Source of the DNA: a virus
Length of the DNA stretch: 64,000 nucleotides
IMG/VR virus record: IMGVR_UViG_3300032242_001916
Location: 1 to 64,000 of that record
Reading direction: 5' to 3' (one strand)
Part shown: piece by piece, positions 45,714-56,717 of the stretch
Numbering within the stretch: the stretch's first letter is position 1
Layout: every line of letters begins with the position of its first letter
Made by a program: the position numbers and the translations under genes
Notes under the pieces: model-generated
Databases searched by the model: none
What the model saw: only the letters and a program-made list of their open reading frames with translations
What the model was told of the DNA's origin: nothing

Positions 45714-46118
45714 ATGGCAAGCACCCTTGGTCCGGCACCTCAGTTCCCTGAGCGTACTCCGGTTTCCTACGAGCGTAAGTTCAGCCCTGCAGCAGCAGGT
45801 CAGCGTGGCCCACTTCGTTTTGAAGAAGGCATCGCAACTGACACTGACGTCCCTCGTGAATTCGAAAATGGCGCGTCACAAGGCTACATTACGCCTCCAG
45901 GCCGTCCAAACCATAACCAGAATGTATTCGAGAAGCCGGCTGATGAGACCATGGCAGAAAGAGCACACGTTGGCTCAGCTGCTTGGGTTGAAGCACCAAC
46001 CTTCTTGGGCAACTTCTCAGAAGGCGCTTTCAGCAATGCTGCAGAGCAGAGCTTTGAAGAAGACATTCGTTCAGGCGGTCACTACACCCGCGTGAACCCA
46101 GCTACGGTTATAGACTAA
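45714..46118 (+). CDS. head-region hypothetical protein
   Basis: AGGAG RBS; GPLRFEEGIATDTD. Confidence 0.7.
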   Translation: MASTLGPAPQFPERTPVSYERKFSPAAAGQRGPLRFEEGIATDTDVPREFENGASQGYITPPGRPNHNQNVFEKPADETMAERAHVGSAAWVEAPTFLGNFSEGAFSNAAEQSFEEDIRSGGHYTRVNPATVID

Positions 46119-46188
46119 TATGTAAATAGTAACTCCCCTGCTCCATACCCCTTCTCTGGAGCAGGGTAGTTACTCTACTAGAGTAAAC

Positions 46189-46446
46189 ATGTATCCTGCT
46201 AACCCAATGCTGTATAACTCAATCTCACGTATTCAACGTGCGATGCATCACGCAACTCGTGGAAATAACTTTGCTGCGGCAAAGGGAATCCAACAGCAGT
46301 ATGCTAGTGAGGGTGGGCAATTTGTTGAGTCAAAGAACGATGTTGACCCACGATTTAGAGATACAATAAAAGAAGAAGAAGACGCTAAAAAGCGTAAAGA
46401 AAAAGAAAAGAAGAAGCCAGGCAAATCTGGCGTAGTCTTATTATAG
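46189..46446 (+). CDS. hypothetical protein
   Basis: ORF track. Confidence 0.65.
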   Translation: MYPANPMLYNSISRIQRAMHHATRGNNFAAAKGIQQQYASEGGQFVESKNDVDPRFRDTIKEEEDAKKRKEKEKKKPGKSGVVLL

Positions 46447-46484
46447 AGGGCAATTATGATCATTAATATGGAAGGACGTGAAGC

Positions 46485-48179
46485 ATGAGCATTGACTTTT
46501 CGCCACCGTCCTATAGAGCGGCGTCGTCCGACTTAACTATTTCCATTTCCCCATTAGGTCTTGTAGAACTTGCTGACGAAGAGTTTGAAGTTCATGGTCC
46601 AAGACTTAACCGTTATTCTTTAAACTGGGCTATGTACCTAGGCCACCACTGGAGCTACCGACGTGAGATCGGTGAAGCCCAGATGGTTTACAACTACTTC
46701 AGAGCTTTTACTGATTACATCATCAACTTCAGCTTTAGCCGCGGTGTTTCATTCCGTAGCCCTAAAGAGACTGAAGCTATTGTTCCGGACATTCTTAAAA
46801 GAGTCTGGGAAGTAGATAACGACAAACACGCTGTTCTTTGGGAAATTGGTCAGCAGGGTGGCGTGTCAGGCGACTGTTTTATCAAGGTAGCTTACGAAGA
46901 GCCTTGGGAAGATAGCGCTGGTGGTTATCACCCAGGTCGTGTAAGAATTCTTCCACTTAACTCTTCTTTTTGTTTTCCAGAATTTCACCCGCATGATCGT
47001 AACCGATTGATGCGATTTAAACTTAAGTACCGTTTCTGGGGTACTTCCGTTGAGGGCACTCGTCAGGTATACACCTACACTGAAATCCTCACTGATGACA
47101 TGATTGAGGAGTATATTAATGACGAACTTATTGACTCGCGCCCGAATCCGCTTGGCGTTATTCCTATGGTCCATATCCCAAATGTTCTAGTTTCTGGATC
47201 ACCTTGGGGCCTATCTGACTGCCACGACATTATTGTTCTTAACCGTAACTATAATGAAGTAGCTACCGATGTTGCTGACATCATTAATTACCACGCTGCT
47301 CCTGTTACCGTTATTACTGGGGCTAAAGCATCTAACCTTGAAAAGGGCCCTAAAAAGGTCTGGGGTGGACTTCCTAAGGATGCACAGGTCTTTAACCTAG
47401 ATGGCGGCGGTTCTGGTCTACAAGGCGCTATAGAGTACTTAAAGGTCGTTAAAACGGCTATGCACGAAATGACGGGTGTTCCTGAAACTGCTTTGGGTCA
47501 GGTACAAGCTATTTCTAATACTTCTGGTGTTGCCCTTTCTATTCAGTACCAGCCTTTGATGAACCGTTACCAGCAGAAGATTGTGCAGTACGGTAGAGGC
47601 GTTGAAATGGTTAACAGCCTTGTCCTTCGCACTATTGCTTTTAAAGAACCAGAGATGTTCGTATGGAATCCTAACTTCAATGGTCCTATTAAGCCTGAGC
47701 AGTACCCACAGTTAGACCCGGCGGATCCTTTAACTTACCAAACTTTTATACACTTCCCACCACCACTTCCACTAGATAAGCTAATTGTTCTTAGCGAAAT
47801 GCAGCAGAAGATGGCTATGGGCTTGGAGAGCCGTGAAGGCGCTCTTCGTGCGCTTGGTGAAGAATTCCCGAATGAAAAGCTTGAAGAAATTAGAACAGAG
47901 CTTATTGAAGACGCTAAGTCTGATGGTGCTCTAAATCTTCTTAAGAGTCAAATTAACTCTGCAATCATGTCACTTACTGGTCTTTTGCCAGAAGGTGGTG
48001 GAGAAATGGCTCCAGGTCCTGATGGTCAACCACAGGCTCCTTCATCCGTTACTCCTGTTGATCCTAACGCATTCCAGTTCGATCAGATGAATGCAGTTAA
48101 GTTGCAGACAGATCTAGTTACAAAGGCGTATGGAACTAAAATTCCTCAGCGTAGAGGGCCCGACGACGACAGTAATTAG
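46485..48179 (+). CDS. portal protein
   Basis: size and position; SPP1-like SNTSGVALSIQYQPL motif. Confidence 0.88.
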   Translation: MSIDFSPPSYRAASSDLTISISPLGLVELADEEFEVHGPRLNRYSLNWAMYLGHHWSYRREIGEAQMVYNYFRAFTDYIINFSFSRGVSFRSPKETEAIVPDILKRVWEVDNDKHAVLWEIGQQGGVSGDCFIKVAYEEPWEDSAGGYHPGRVRILPLNSSFCFPEFHPHDRNRLMRFKLKYRFWGTSVEGTRQVYTYTEILTDDMIEEYINDELIDSRPNPLGVIPMVHIPNVLVSGSPWGLSDCHDIIVLNRNYNEVATDVADIINYHAAPVTVITGAKASNLEKGPKKVWGGLPKDAQVFNLDGGGSGLQGAIEYLKVVKTAMHEMTGVPETALGQVQAISNTSGVALSIQYQPLMNRYQQKIVQYGRGVEMVNSLVLRTIAFKEPEMFVWNPNFNGPIKPEQYPQLDPADPLTYQTFIHFPPPLPLDKLIVLSEMQQKMAMGLESREGALRALGEEFPNEKLEEIRTELIEDAKSDGALNLLKSQINSAIMSLTGLLPEGGGEMAPGPDGQPQAPSSVTPVDPNAFQFDQMNAVKLQTDLVTKAYGTKIPQRRGPDDDSN

Positions 48180-48302
48180 TTAAACTAGGTTTAGCATGAC
48201 ATTGAATAAAACATATGTTGTGCTATATACATAATCAAACCGCAGGTCAATCGTGTTATTAATTTGGAAAACGACCTAATTCACACAAAGGAACAAATAA
48301 AT

Positions 48303-49061
48303 ATGTCTACATCCGACGTTGAAGTTGCAGATCAGTTTACTGAAGCAACTCAAGAAAATGTTGATCATTCTTTAGTACCGGTCTCAGAAGAGCCCGTGTC
48401 TAAGGCGTACTCAGAAGACGATCTTCGTAAAGTACGTGAGCAAGAAAAATCTAAGCTTTATCCTCAGATCGAATCACTGAAGGAAGAGTTAAACCTTCTA
48501 AAGCAGGACCGTGAGTCTCGTCTTGAAGAAGAGGCACGCTTAAGGGCAGAAGCTGAAGCTGAGGCCAAGCGTCGTGCAGAAGAAGAAATGGATGTTCGCG
48601 AACTACTTACAGCCAAAGAAGCCGAATGGCAGACCCGGTTAGAAGCAGAAAAGCAGGAACGTGAAAAAGCGTTTGCATTGCTAGAGCGTGAGCGCCATTT
48701 TAGTGAGATTCAAACTTACCGTAATGCTCGTCTTGAAGAAGAGCGGGAAAACATTATTCCTGAACTAGTTGACCTTATCTCAGGTAATACCGCCGAAGAA
48801 ATTGAGCAGAGTATTGCGGGACTAAAGGATCGTTCATCGCGTATCCTTGAATCAGCCCAGCAGGCAATGTCGTCTGCTAGGCGTGAAATGACTGGGAGCC
48901 GTGTCACGGTTCCCGCGTCTGGACCCCTGGACACCAATTCGGAGCAGCAAACGTTCACGGCAGAGCAAATCGCCGCCATGTCAGTGAGTGAGTACGCCAA
49001 ATACCGTGGGAAGCTCTTAGGTCAAGCAGCTTCTGATCGCGGCAAGGGTCTATTCAGCTAG
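48303..49061 (+). CDS. capsid scaffolding protein
   Basis: E/K/R coiled coil between portal and capsid; C-terminal MSVSEYAKYR. Confidence 0.85.
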   Translation: MSTSDVEVADQFTEATQENVDHSLVPVSEEPVSKAYSEDDLRKVREQEKSKLYPQIESLKEELNLLKQDRESRLEEEARLRAEAEAEAKRRAEEEMDVRELLTAKEAEWQTRLEAEKQEREKAFALLERERHFSEIQTYRNARLEEERENIIPELVDLISGNTAEEIEQSIAGLKDRSSRILESAQQAMSSARREMTGSRVTVPASGPLDTNSEQQTFTAEQIAAMSVSEYAKYRGKLLGQAASDRGKGLFS

Positions 49062-49107
49062 AAATAGCTTCTATCCACACCTAATATCTCTTTAAGGAGT
49101 AAATTAC

Positions 49108-50202
49108 ATGGCAGCGTCCATTACAGGAACTGGCAATCTCGCCGCTTCCCCAACAGCGTATTCTGGTGCTAACAGCCAGCTAACGCAATCAATTCAGACC
49201 ATCTGGTCAAAAGAAATCCTATTCCAGTCAATGCCTATTCTACGCTTTGAGCAGTTCGCTGTTAAGAAGACTGAACTTGGTGTTGCTCCTGGTCTTCAGA
49301 TCAACTTCATGCGTTACAACAACCTCGGCAGTGCATCAGCGCTTGTTGAAGGTGTTCGCATGTCAACCAACGCGCTTACCGCACAGCAGTTCTCAATCAC
49401 TGTTGCTGAGCACGGTTACGCAATTGCTGTTTCAGAACTTCTTCTGAACGCATCTTTCGACGATGTTATGGCTTCGGCTTCTCGCCTTCTTGGCCGTAAC
49501 ATGGCTCTGTACCTTGATGGTCAGGCTCGCGATACCCTTATGGCAGCTTCTTCTGTAATCTACGGTGAAGATGTTCTTAAGACTCCAGCCGGTGCATCAC
49601 GTACGGATAACAACATCAACAACTGGTACCAGGCTGGCTACGTTGCAACGCAGCGTTCAGAACTTGCTGGCACCAACTACTTGACTCCTCACACGATCAA
49701 GGACGCTGTTGAGACCCTTGCAACCAAGAACATTCCTAGACTAGGTGAAACCTACGTTGCATTCGTTCATCCACACCAGAGCCGTCGTCTACGCGACAAT
49801 CCTGAATTCATCGAAGTAACGAAGTATGCTGCTCCAGGTAACTTCATGCTTGGTGAAATCGGCCGTCTATACGACACTGTGTTCATTGAGACCACCCAGG
49901 TACAGAAGGTACCTAATGGTGCTGGTTCAGGTTACTCTGCTGATTCATCAGTCAACAACGTTGTTTACCCAACTGGTGGAGGTTACACCACCCCAGTAAC
50001 AAAGCAGGGTAATGGCTCTGCAGACCGCTACTCAGCGATCTTCATTGGTGACAACGCTTTCGGTCACGCTATCTCATTGCCAGTTGAACTGCGCGATGGT
50101 GGTATCCTAGACTTTGGTCGTGAGCATGCACTTGCATGGTACTCAATCTACGGCTTGGGTCTAATCACCGATCAGTCTGTAGTTATCGCAGAAACCAACT
50201 AA
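49108..50202 (+). CDS. major capsid protein (N4-gp56-like family)
   Basis: GEIGRLYD..FIET, HPHQ, DFGRE; strong RBS, followed by a terminator. Confidence 0.92.
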   Translation: MAASITGTGNLAASPTAYSGANSQLTQSIQTIWSKEILFQSMPILRFEQFAVKKTELGVAPGLQINFMRYNNLGSASALVEGVRMSTNALTAQQFSITVAEHGYAIAVSELLLNASFDDVMASASRLLGRNMALYLDGQARDTLMAASSVIYGEDVLKTPAGASRTDNNINNWYQAGYVATQRSELAGTNYLTPHTIKDAVETLATKNIPRLGETYVAFVHPHQSRRLRDNPEFIEVTKYAAPGNFMLGEIGRLYDTVFIETTQVQKVPNGAGSGYSADSSVNNVVYPTGGGYTTPVTKQGNGSADRYSAIFIGDNAFGHAISLPVELRDGGILDFGREHALAWYSIYGLGLITDQSVVIAETN

Positions 50203-50211
50203 TCAAGTCCC

Positions 50212-50240
50212 TTGAGGGGGGCCTTCGGGCCCCTCTCAAA
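50212..50240 (+). terminator. terminator
   Basis: GC-rich stem with CTTCGG loop. Confidence 0.75.
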
Positions 50241-50283
50241 TCTCTACAACAAATATCGAGCTATTCATTAGGAGAATACAATT

Positions 50284-50655
50284 ATGGCCACAAAGGCTAA
50301 GCCGACCGATGTTACTGGTCGCCAGCGCGAAGCGCTGATCAAAGAACAGGCCGCAGAACAGACTCGTCGTTCAGATGAAATGACAATGGCTTCTGCAGCT
50401 GAAGCAGCCCGCTTAGAAACAGAGATCCTAGATCTTTCGGAAAAAGCAGACAATCCAACCGTAATCGATGAGGTTGAAGACCTCGGTGTAGGTCTTGCAG
50501 ATGACACGACAGTTATTCGTGTTGCTGATGACCTAGACATGGTTACAATCGGCTCTGGAAACCACTACAGTTTTAAAGCCGGACAGAAGTACAAGGTTCC
50601 AACAAACGTAGCCCGTCATTTGACAGAAAAAGGTTACGTTTACGACCGCCTCTAG
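50284..50655 (+). CDS. hypothetical head-associated protein
   Basis: follows the capsid gene. Confidence 0.7.
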   Translation: MATKAKPTDVTGRQREALIKEQAAEQTRRSDEMTMASAAEAARLETEILDLSEKADNPTVIDEVEDLGVGLADDTTVIRVADDLDMVTIGSGNHYSFKAGQKYKVPTNVARHLTEKGYVYDRL

Positions 50656-50778
50656 ATCTGGCTTTTGTTAGACTGCTCGCGCCTATGACCGCCCTCCCAT
50701 AGGCGCGAGCTTTTTATATAGAAATTTTTTCTTGTTAAGTGGATAATGGATTTAACAACTACCTTTAAGGATAAGTAA

Positions 50779-52203
50779 GTGGCAAATATTACCTCCTTGT
50801 CTAACAGCCTAAGAACAGAGTTAGGCGATCTAGGTAAAGTTTTCTTACAAACTTTTGTATCTGACGGTGTTACCACAAGATACCAGCTTGATTACTACAC
50901 TATTGCCGGAGCTACCTTAATTGTTAAGGCCGGAAACACAGATATCTCCAGTACAGTTACTGTTGAGGAACATACAGGGCTTTTAATTCTAGCCACAGCC
51001 CCCGCTGCCAACACAAACATTGTAGTATCTGGCACTTTTTACCGTTACTTTACAGACGCTGAAATTCAAAACTACGTAAATATGGCGTTTATGCAGCATG
51101 CAAACACCGAAACTAATGCCTACGGATCTAAAATTGCTATGTCTAACCTTCCAGCGGTCGAGGAATACCCCGTAGTGCTCCTAGCATCCACGCTGGCGCT
51201 TTATACACTCGCTACTGATGCCTCGTATGACATTGACATCCACACGCCTGACGGTGTCTCTATACCCCGTTCTGAGCGTTACAGACAGCTCATGGACATG
51301 GTACAGGCCCGTAAAGAGCAGTATCGCGAGTTGTGTAACATGCTCAACATTGGTCTGCACCGTATTGAGGTTGCTACCCTTCGCCGTAACTCTAACCGTA
51401 CAAACCGCTATGTACCTGTATACAAGCCTCAAGAACTTGATGACAGCAGCACTCCAAAGCGTCTACACGTGCCTTTAGCTAGTTACATGGATCAATCTAC
51501 AGATACTGTGCCTACTTACGATATTAACCTATACCGCGGAGATTCATTTGAAGTTGATTTGGACTTCCCATTCAGTTTGGCAGATTACGCTTTCTTGTCT
51601 CAGATTCGAGCATACTCAGGTGCCTCGCTGGTTCTTGCTACGTTTAACGTAACTATTACGGACATTGTTAATGGCACTGCGGTTCTATCTCTAACTTCAG
51701 ATCAAACTTCGCAGCTTCCTAGCCGTGCTCTTTGGGATGTTCAGATTATCAAGAAATCTACTAGAAGCCTTAATACCAATGCAGCTTTAGCGGTAAAGCC
51801 GGGCTATAAAGGCACAGTTGCTAAAACCGGGTACGTAACTTACACAACGGCATCAGCCCATGGATTTGTAACTGGTGAAACAGTAACTATTTCAAACGTA
51901 GCCGTGCTAGACAGTTCAGGCGCAAAGAGCCTAAAAAATGCCTACAATGGCGATTTTGTTATTACAGTCTTTGATACAACAAGTTTTTACGTTACTAACA
52001 CTTACACAGCTACCCCAGCAGATACTGATGGCTACAACATTACAGACCCAGATACAGGTATTGTTTTATCCACAGTAAGTGCTGCTACTGCAACTTACAC
52101 GGATCCAACCTACACAAAGACTTATTTACATGGCGCTGTAATTGTTCAGGATCAGATTTCAAATTACAACAACGATCCATATGCTCCAGGATGGCAGGGA
52201 TGA
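50779..52203 (+). CDS. head-tail adaptor-like structural protein with FCCH-like insert
   Basis: RYFTDAEI, position; TASAHGFVTGETVTISN. Confidence 0.65.
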   Translation: MANITSLSNSLRTELGDLGKVFLQTFVSDGVTTRYQLDYYTIAGATLIVKAGNTDISSTVTVEEHTGLLILATAPAANTNIVVSGTFYRYFTDAEIQNYVNMAFMQHANTETNAYGSKIAMSNLPAVEEYPVVLLASTLALYTLATDASYDIDIHTPDGVSIPRSERYRQLMDMVQARKEQYRELCNMLNIGLHRIEVATLRRNSNRTNRYVPVYKPQELDDSSTPKRLHVPLASYMDQSTDTVPTYDINLYRGDSFEVDLDFPFSLADYAFLSQIRAYSGASLVLATFNVTITDIVNGTAVLSLTSDQTSQLPSRALWDVQIIKKSTRSLNTNAALAVKPGYKGTVAKTGYVTYTTASAHGFVTGETVTISNVAVLDSSGAKSLKNAYNGDFVITVFDTTSFYVTNTYTATPADTDGYNITDPDTGIVLSTVSAATATYTDPTYTKTYLHGAVIVQDQISNYNNDPYAPGWQG

Positions 52204-52523
52204 CAGACATAATTCAAATTAACCCCGGTAATCCTGAAGTAGTTGTTGTTGGTTCAGGCCAAGGTGGGGCTGTAGGTCCAGCCGGTCCAACTGGTCCAGC
52301 TGGTAAGGATGGTAAAGATGGCGTTTCTGGAGGTTTCTTTACTTATACACAGAGCGCTCCTGCAACAGTTTGGACAATTAATCATAATCTTGGGTATAGA
52401 CCTCAAGTTACCGTAGTTGACTCAGCAAACAATGTGGTAGAAGGAGACCGCGTCTATACAGACGCTAACAACCTAGTTTTAACCTTTTCTGCTCCTTTTT
52501 CTGGTGTAGCGTATTTATCTTAA
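52200..52523 (+). CDS. short collagen-repeat structural protein
   Basis: GPAGPTGPAGKDGKDG; W.INHNLG..P.VTVVD. Confidence 0.75.
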   Translation: MTDIIQINPGNPEVVVVGSGQGGAVGPAGPTGPAGKDGKDGVSGGFFTYTQSAPATVWTINHNLGYRPQVTVVDSANNVVEGDRVYTDANNLVLTFSAPFSGVAYLS

Positions 52524-52535
52524 GGAGATATAATA

Positions 52536-53897
52536 ATGTCGCGTAAATTTTTAACTAATCTTGATTTGAATGCAAATCAGCTATTAAATGCTGTTATTCA
52601 AAACGTTAGTTCGGACCCTACTACTGGCACGTACCCAGTTGGTCAGATAATCTATAACACTACTAGCAATGTTCTTAAATATAATACTAGCTCTACACTT
52701 AATGCCCCTAGTTGGCAGACAATTAGTAATGGCGCTGGGTCTTTTACTCTCGGGAATACTTCTATTGCTTTAGGCTCAACTGTTACGTCAGTTAATAACT
52801 TAAGCATTACAGGTACCGGCTCATGGACTGCTACCAATATTGCTGTAGCCAACGGCGGTACCGGTACTTCTACTGGCTCAATTACTGGCACTGGCGCTCT
52901 TACTTTTACCGCAGGATCAGGTAACCTTAACATTAACCTTGTTCCTACGGGAACCGGCTCTGTAGATGTTGCAAGTAAAAAGATTACAAACCTTGCTGAT
53001 CCGGGCGCTGCTCAGGATGCCGCTACTAAAGCCTATGTTGATACTGTTGCTACTGGCATGAATGCTCATGATGCTGTGGCTTATGCCACTACTGGCGCCC
53101 TTGGTACAACCGGCAACCTTGTTGGCGGAACTATTACAACTACTCAAACTACTCCGTTTCTTACTTTAACTATTGCTACTTCTTCTAACTGGACCTCAAT
53201 TACTATTGACGGACAATCACTAACTGTTGGTGACCGAGTACTTATTAAAGATCAAGCAACTGCTACACAGAACGGCCTCTACACGGTAACTTCCGTAGGT
53301 GCGGTTGGAAATACAACTTCATTTGTATTTACTCGATCTGCAGACGCGGATCAGATTCCGGAACTTGGTGCAGGCGATTTTTGCTTTGTTCTTGCTGGAA
53401 CAACTAACGGCAAGTTTACCTACATTCAGACAGCAACAGTTGTAACTCTTGGAACTAGCCCAATTAACTATACGGTGCTATCTAACGGTAACCTGACTTC
53501 TCTTGTTAGCCCATCTCAAGGCGGAACTGGTTCAAACTTAACTGCTACAACAGGTACTTTCCTTGTAGGTAACGGAACGGTATTTACTAATCGTGCTTTA
53601 GCATTTACTGATCTTGTTACTACTTCAAGCGGAACTATTTCTTTGTCCACCGGACTAAGTAATGCAACTATTGTAGTTGCTCAAAGAATTACAGCAAAAA
53701 TTACGGGCGATGGTACTACTAAGACGTTTACAGTTACTCACACACTAAACACAGCTACTTCGTTTGCTACTGCTCAAGTGTTTGATTCTACAGGTCTTCA
53801 AGTAGAATGCGACGTAACTCATACATCCACAAGCACAAAATTTGATTTTGTTACAGCCCCAAGTTCAGGCACTATTTATTACGTTACAATTGTTTAA
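52536..53897 (+). CDS. fibre-like structural protein
   Basis: KITNLADP...QDAATKAYVD; GDRVLIKDQ....QNGLY; T/G-rich. Confidence 0.75.
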   Translation: MSRKFLTNLDLNANQLLNAVIQNVSSDPTTGTYPVGQIIYNTTSNVLKYNTSSTLNAPSWQTISNGAGSFTLGNTSIALGSTVTSVNNLSITGTGSWTATNIAVANGGTGTSTGSITGTGALTFTAGSGNLNINLVPTGTGSVDVASKKITNLADPGAAQDAATKAYVDTVATGMNAHDAVAYATTGALGTTGNLVGGTITTTQTTPFLTLTIATSSNWTSITIDGQSLTVGDRVLIKDQATATQNGLYTVTSVGAVGNTTSFVFTRSADADQIPELGAGDFCFVLAGTTNGKFTYIQTATVVTLGTSPINYTVLSNGNLTSLVSPSQGGTGSNLTATTGTFLVGNGTVFTNRALAFTDLVTTSSGTISLSTGLSNATIVVAQRITAKITGDGTTKTFTVTHTLNTATSFATAQVFDSTGLQVECDVTHTSTSTKFDFVTAPSSGTIYYVTIV

Positions 53898-53910
53898 TAA
53901 GGAATATTAA

Positions 53911-55137
53911 ATGTCAAGAGTATTTAACACAGACGTAAATTATAATGGAAACCTTGCAATTAACTCAGGTTCAACGTCTGTTGTACCATTAATAATAAAA
54001 CCAACGGGTACTATTACTTATAGTAGCTTATCTGTATCTCACTCTGGCGGTACTCCAGGAACAGATATTATTAGTGGTTTTAGTAGTGTATCTGGTCTAT
54101 ACGTAGGTCAATATTTTACTAGTACTACCCCATTTGTACAAGGCGGAATATATACTGTTGGCTATGGAGCAGGGTCACAAATTAAATCAATTGATAGTAC
54201 TAATCTTGCTATTTCTGTTGCTGGTTCAGGTCCGTTTACTCCGACAGGTTCATATAGTGGAGGTACTCTTGTATTTTCAGGTACTCCTCAAAACTTACAA
54301 GAATGGCGGGAATCAAACAGCACAGCAGTCGCATCAGTTAGCAATACTGGGGTACTTACTGCATCAAGTTTTGTAGGAAATGGTGCATCACTAACAAGCT
54401 TGAATGGCGCAAACATATCGTCAATACCTACATCAGCATTATCTTCTGTAACTGGTACTGGCACAGTTGTTGTTACTGATGTAAACCCAACACTTACGGG
54501 CATAACATTAGTCAGCCCTATATCTGTTACATCAAACGTAGGTTTTACGGCTTTTAGTGCTGCTAGCAGTTTAACTATTCATAACTCAACTTTTACTGGT
54601 ACTGCTAGCTATTCAAGCGGTACAACTACTGGCACTGCTGTTAAGACGGTTAACTTAGGCACTGGTGCTATTTCAGGTACTGGCACAGCTGGTACTTCAC
54701 CCAACATGACTATTAACATTGGCACTGGTAACAACACTTCGACAACAGGCGGAACTGCTGTCAACATTATGACTGGTACAATTTCTGGTGGTGCAACAGG
54801 TGCGGTTACAATTGGTAGCACGTCTGCTGGCACAACGGTAACTGTTGTTAACCCTACAAATGCGCCAAGCGTTCAGTCTGGAACAACTTATTCACTACCA
54901 GCAACTGCGCCAACACCGCATTTGGTTCTAACTAGCTCATCACAAGTCACTTTGACGTTGCCAACATCCGTTGCAGGTAAAGAAATTCGCATTTTGAACC
55001 AAGGCGCTGGCGGTGTTATTTCTGCCTCATCAAACGTTTACCCAAAAACTTCTAGAACACTGGGAACTGCAATCATTACCGGTGCTGGTTCAGCATTACT
55101 TGTTGGCGATGGAACTAACTGGCAGGTAATGAGTTAA
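53911..55137 (+). CDS. fibre-like structural protein
   Basis: S/T/G-rich beta protein; C-terminal DGTNW. Confidence 0.7.
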   Translation: MSRVFNTDVNYNGNLAINSGSTSVVPLIIKPTGTITYSSLSVSHSGGTPGTDIISGFSSVSGLYVGQYFTSTTPFVQGGIYTVGYGAGSQIKSIDSTNLAISVAGSGPFTPTGSYSGGTLVFSGTPQNLQEWRESNSTAVASVSNTGVLTASSFVGNGASLTSLNGANISSIPTSALSSVTGTGTVVVTDVNPTLTGITLVSPISVTSNVGFTAFSAASSLTIHNSTFTGTASYSSGTTTGTAVKTVNLGTGAISGTGTAGTSPNMTINIGTGNNTSTTGGTAVNIMTGTISGGATGAVTIGSTSAGTTVTVVNPTNAPSVQSGTTYSLPATAPTPHLVLTSSSQVTLTLPTSVAGKEIRILNQGAGGVISASSNVYPKTSRTLGTAIITGAGSALLVGDGTNWQVMS

Positions 55138-55250
55138 TGAACCCAAATTGTAGATCAGGCTGCAAAACCCAGGATCATGAGTCCTACGGGGATTGCTTAC
55201 AAGACGCAGCTATTAGCATAGATAGAACAAGTCTCCAGGTTAAAGGCTGA
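55137..55250 (+). CDS. 37-aa Cys/His microprotein (MNPNCRSGCKTQDHESYGDCL...)
   Basis: read directly; coupled TAATG start. Confidence 0.55.
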   Translation: MNPNCRSGCKTQDHESYGDCLQDAAISIDRTSLQVKG

Positions 55251-55300
55251 CCCAAAAACTAAAAACCCTTACTATTTAAGAGAGAAGAAAGGCCCATTTA

Positions 55301-55702
55301 ATGGCTACATATTACAAGATTCTAGGTCAAGCAAAGAGCACTACTGCCCTTGCGTCAAAGCTGTACTACGCTGATCCCGCTGCTTCTACAGGGGTTCCAG
55401 CTGCTACTTCTGTACAGGCTATTGTTTCTACAATTACTGTTTGTAACATAACTTCAAGCACTCAAACTTACAACATTAATATTTACAAATCCGACTCAAT
55501 TGTTGCAGCTCCAGACACTTTTACATCTGTAGCCCCAGATAATGCAATTATTTACAATGGGTTTATCAATGCTAATGAGACTATTACTTTAACTTTAGGT
55601 ATAACTCTTGATACTTATGATAGAATTTCAGTTAATGCTTCTGGTGCCGCCTCTGGTCAATACGTTAATTTCTTTGCATTTGGTTCGGAGATTCGTCAAT
55701 GA
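55301..55702 (+). CDS. virion structural protein
   Basis: YKILGQ...VSTITVCN...FGSEI beta sandwich. Confidence 0.7.
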   Translation: MATYYKILGQAKSTTALASKLYYADPAASTGVPAATSVQAIVSTITVCNITSSTQTYNINIYKSDSIVAAPDTFTSVAPDNAIIYNGFINANETITLTLGITLDTYDRISVNASGAASGQYVNFFAFGSEIRQ

Positions 55703-56694
55703 CCGTAAGAGCAAATGGTGAAAGTACTAAAGGCGTAGGAATTTGGCACTCATATAGCCCGATAGTTAGTGGGGGCTACATCTCAGGCGGTAATCCGTTA
55801 TACACTTACTCTGGGGTTACCGCAAGAATTAATTTGGATGATAATAATGGCACTAAAGGAATTACAGCAACTTATTTGTACCAGGCAAGTAGTGTCACTA
55901 TTACTACAGGAATGGGCGTACAAATTACAGGAATGTCAAATAATCAGTTTACTGGAACGTATTTGGTTGGAGACACTGGGACTGCATACTCAAATTACAG
56001 GTTTTTTACAGTAAACCTTCAAACAACGGCTATAGATATTAAGCCTGGTACAGTAACTTCAGGTGCATTAAAAACCATTGTTTTACCCGCCTATCAACCT
56101 CTTTTAAGCTCTTTGGGTGTTGGCACTCTAATATCTGGAACAGGCGTAACTTCCGGAACAAAGATTACTGATGTTTCTTTGGATCGTTCAACCATAACTG
56201 TTGATACTAATATCACTGCAGGCGTAGATGTGCCCTTTACGTTTTATCCTCCTGAACCCACGGGAGGAACTGTTAGTGCGTATAACTCTGGCCTTTGGGA
56301 TATAGGAAATGGCAATTGTGTAGGCAAGTATTCTATTATTGGAGACACTGTAAACTTTAGTGGATCTTTAAAAATAGGAAGTACAACGGTTGTAGGGGAT
56401 AACTATCTAACTATTAGTTTACCTGTTCCATCTGCACAAGGAGACATTAATTCACGGTATCCAACTTTAGGTTCTGGTCGTACAGATCTTAGTAATTTTA
56501 AGGGTAATTCCTTTCCTTACTCTTCGCCAATGATATGTGCACAAATGAGCTCTACTACGTTTGAACCACAAATTTTGTATGTTTCATCAACTGGATCCAA
56601 TTACCCAATTGCCCGTGCAGGTTTGTATAGCGGAAATTACACCAGAACCACAAACGATCTTATTCTTTTCAGCGGTACATACGAAGCTCTTTAG
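55699..56694 (+). CDS. fibre/receptor-binding-like protein
   Basis: C-terminal GKY.IIGDTV...SLPV...SGTYE. Confidence 0.65.
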   Translation: MTVRANGESTKGVGIWHSYSPIVSGGYISGGNPLYTYSGVTARINLDDNNGTKGITATYLYQASSVTITTGMGVQITGMSNNQFTGTYLVGDTGTAYSNYRFFTVNLQTTAIDIKPGTVTSGALKTIVLPAYQPLLSSLGVGTLISGTGVTSGTKITDVSLDRSTITVDTNITAGVDVPFTFYPPEPTGGTVSAYNSGLWDIGNGNCVGKYSIIGDTVNFSGSLKIGSTTVVGDNYLTISLPVPSAQGDINSRYPTLGSGRTDLSNFKGNSFPYSSPMICAQMSSTTFEPQILYVSSTGSNYPIARAGLYSGNYTRTTNDLILFSGTYEAL

Positions 56695-56717
56695 TATTTA
56701 ACGGTTGGGAGACCACA

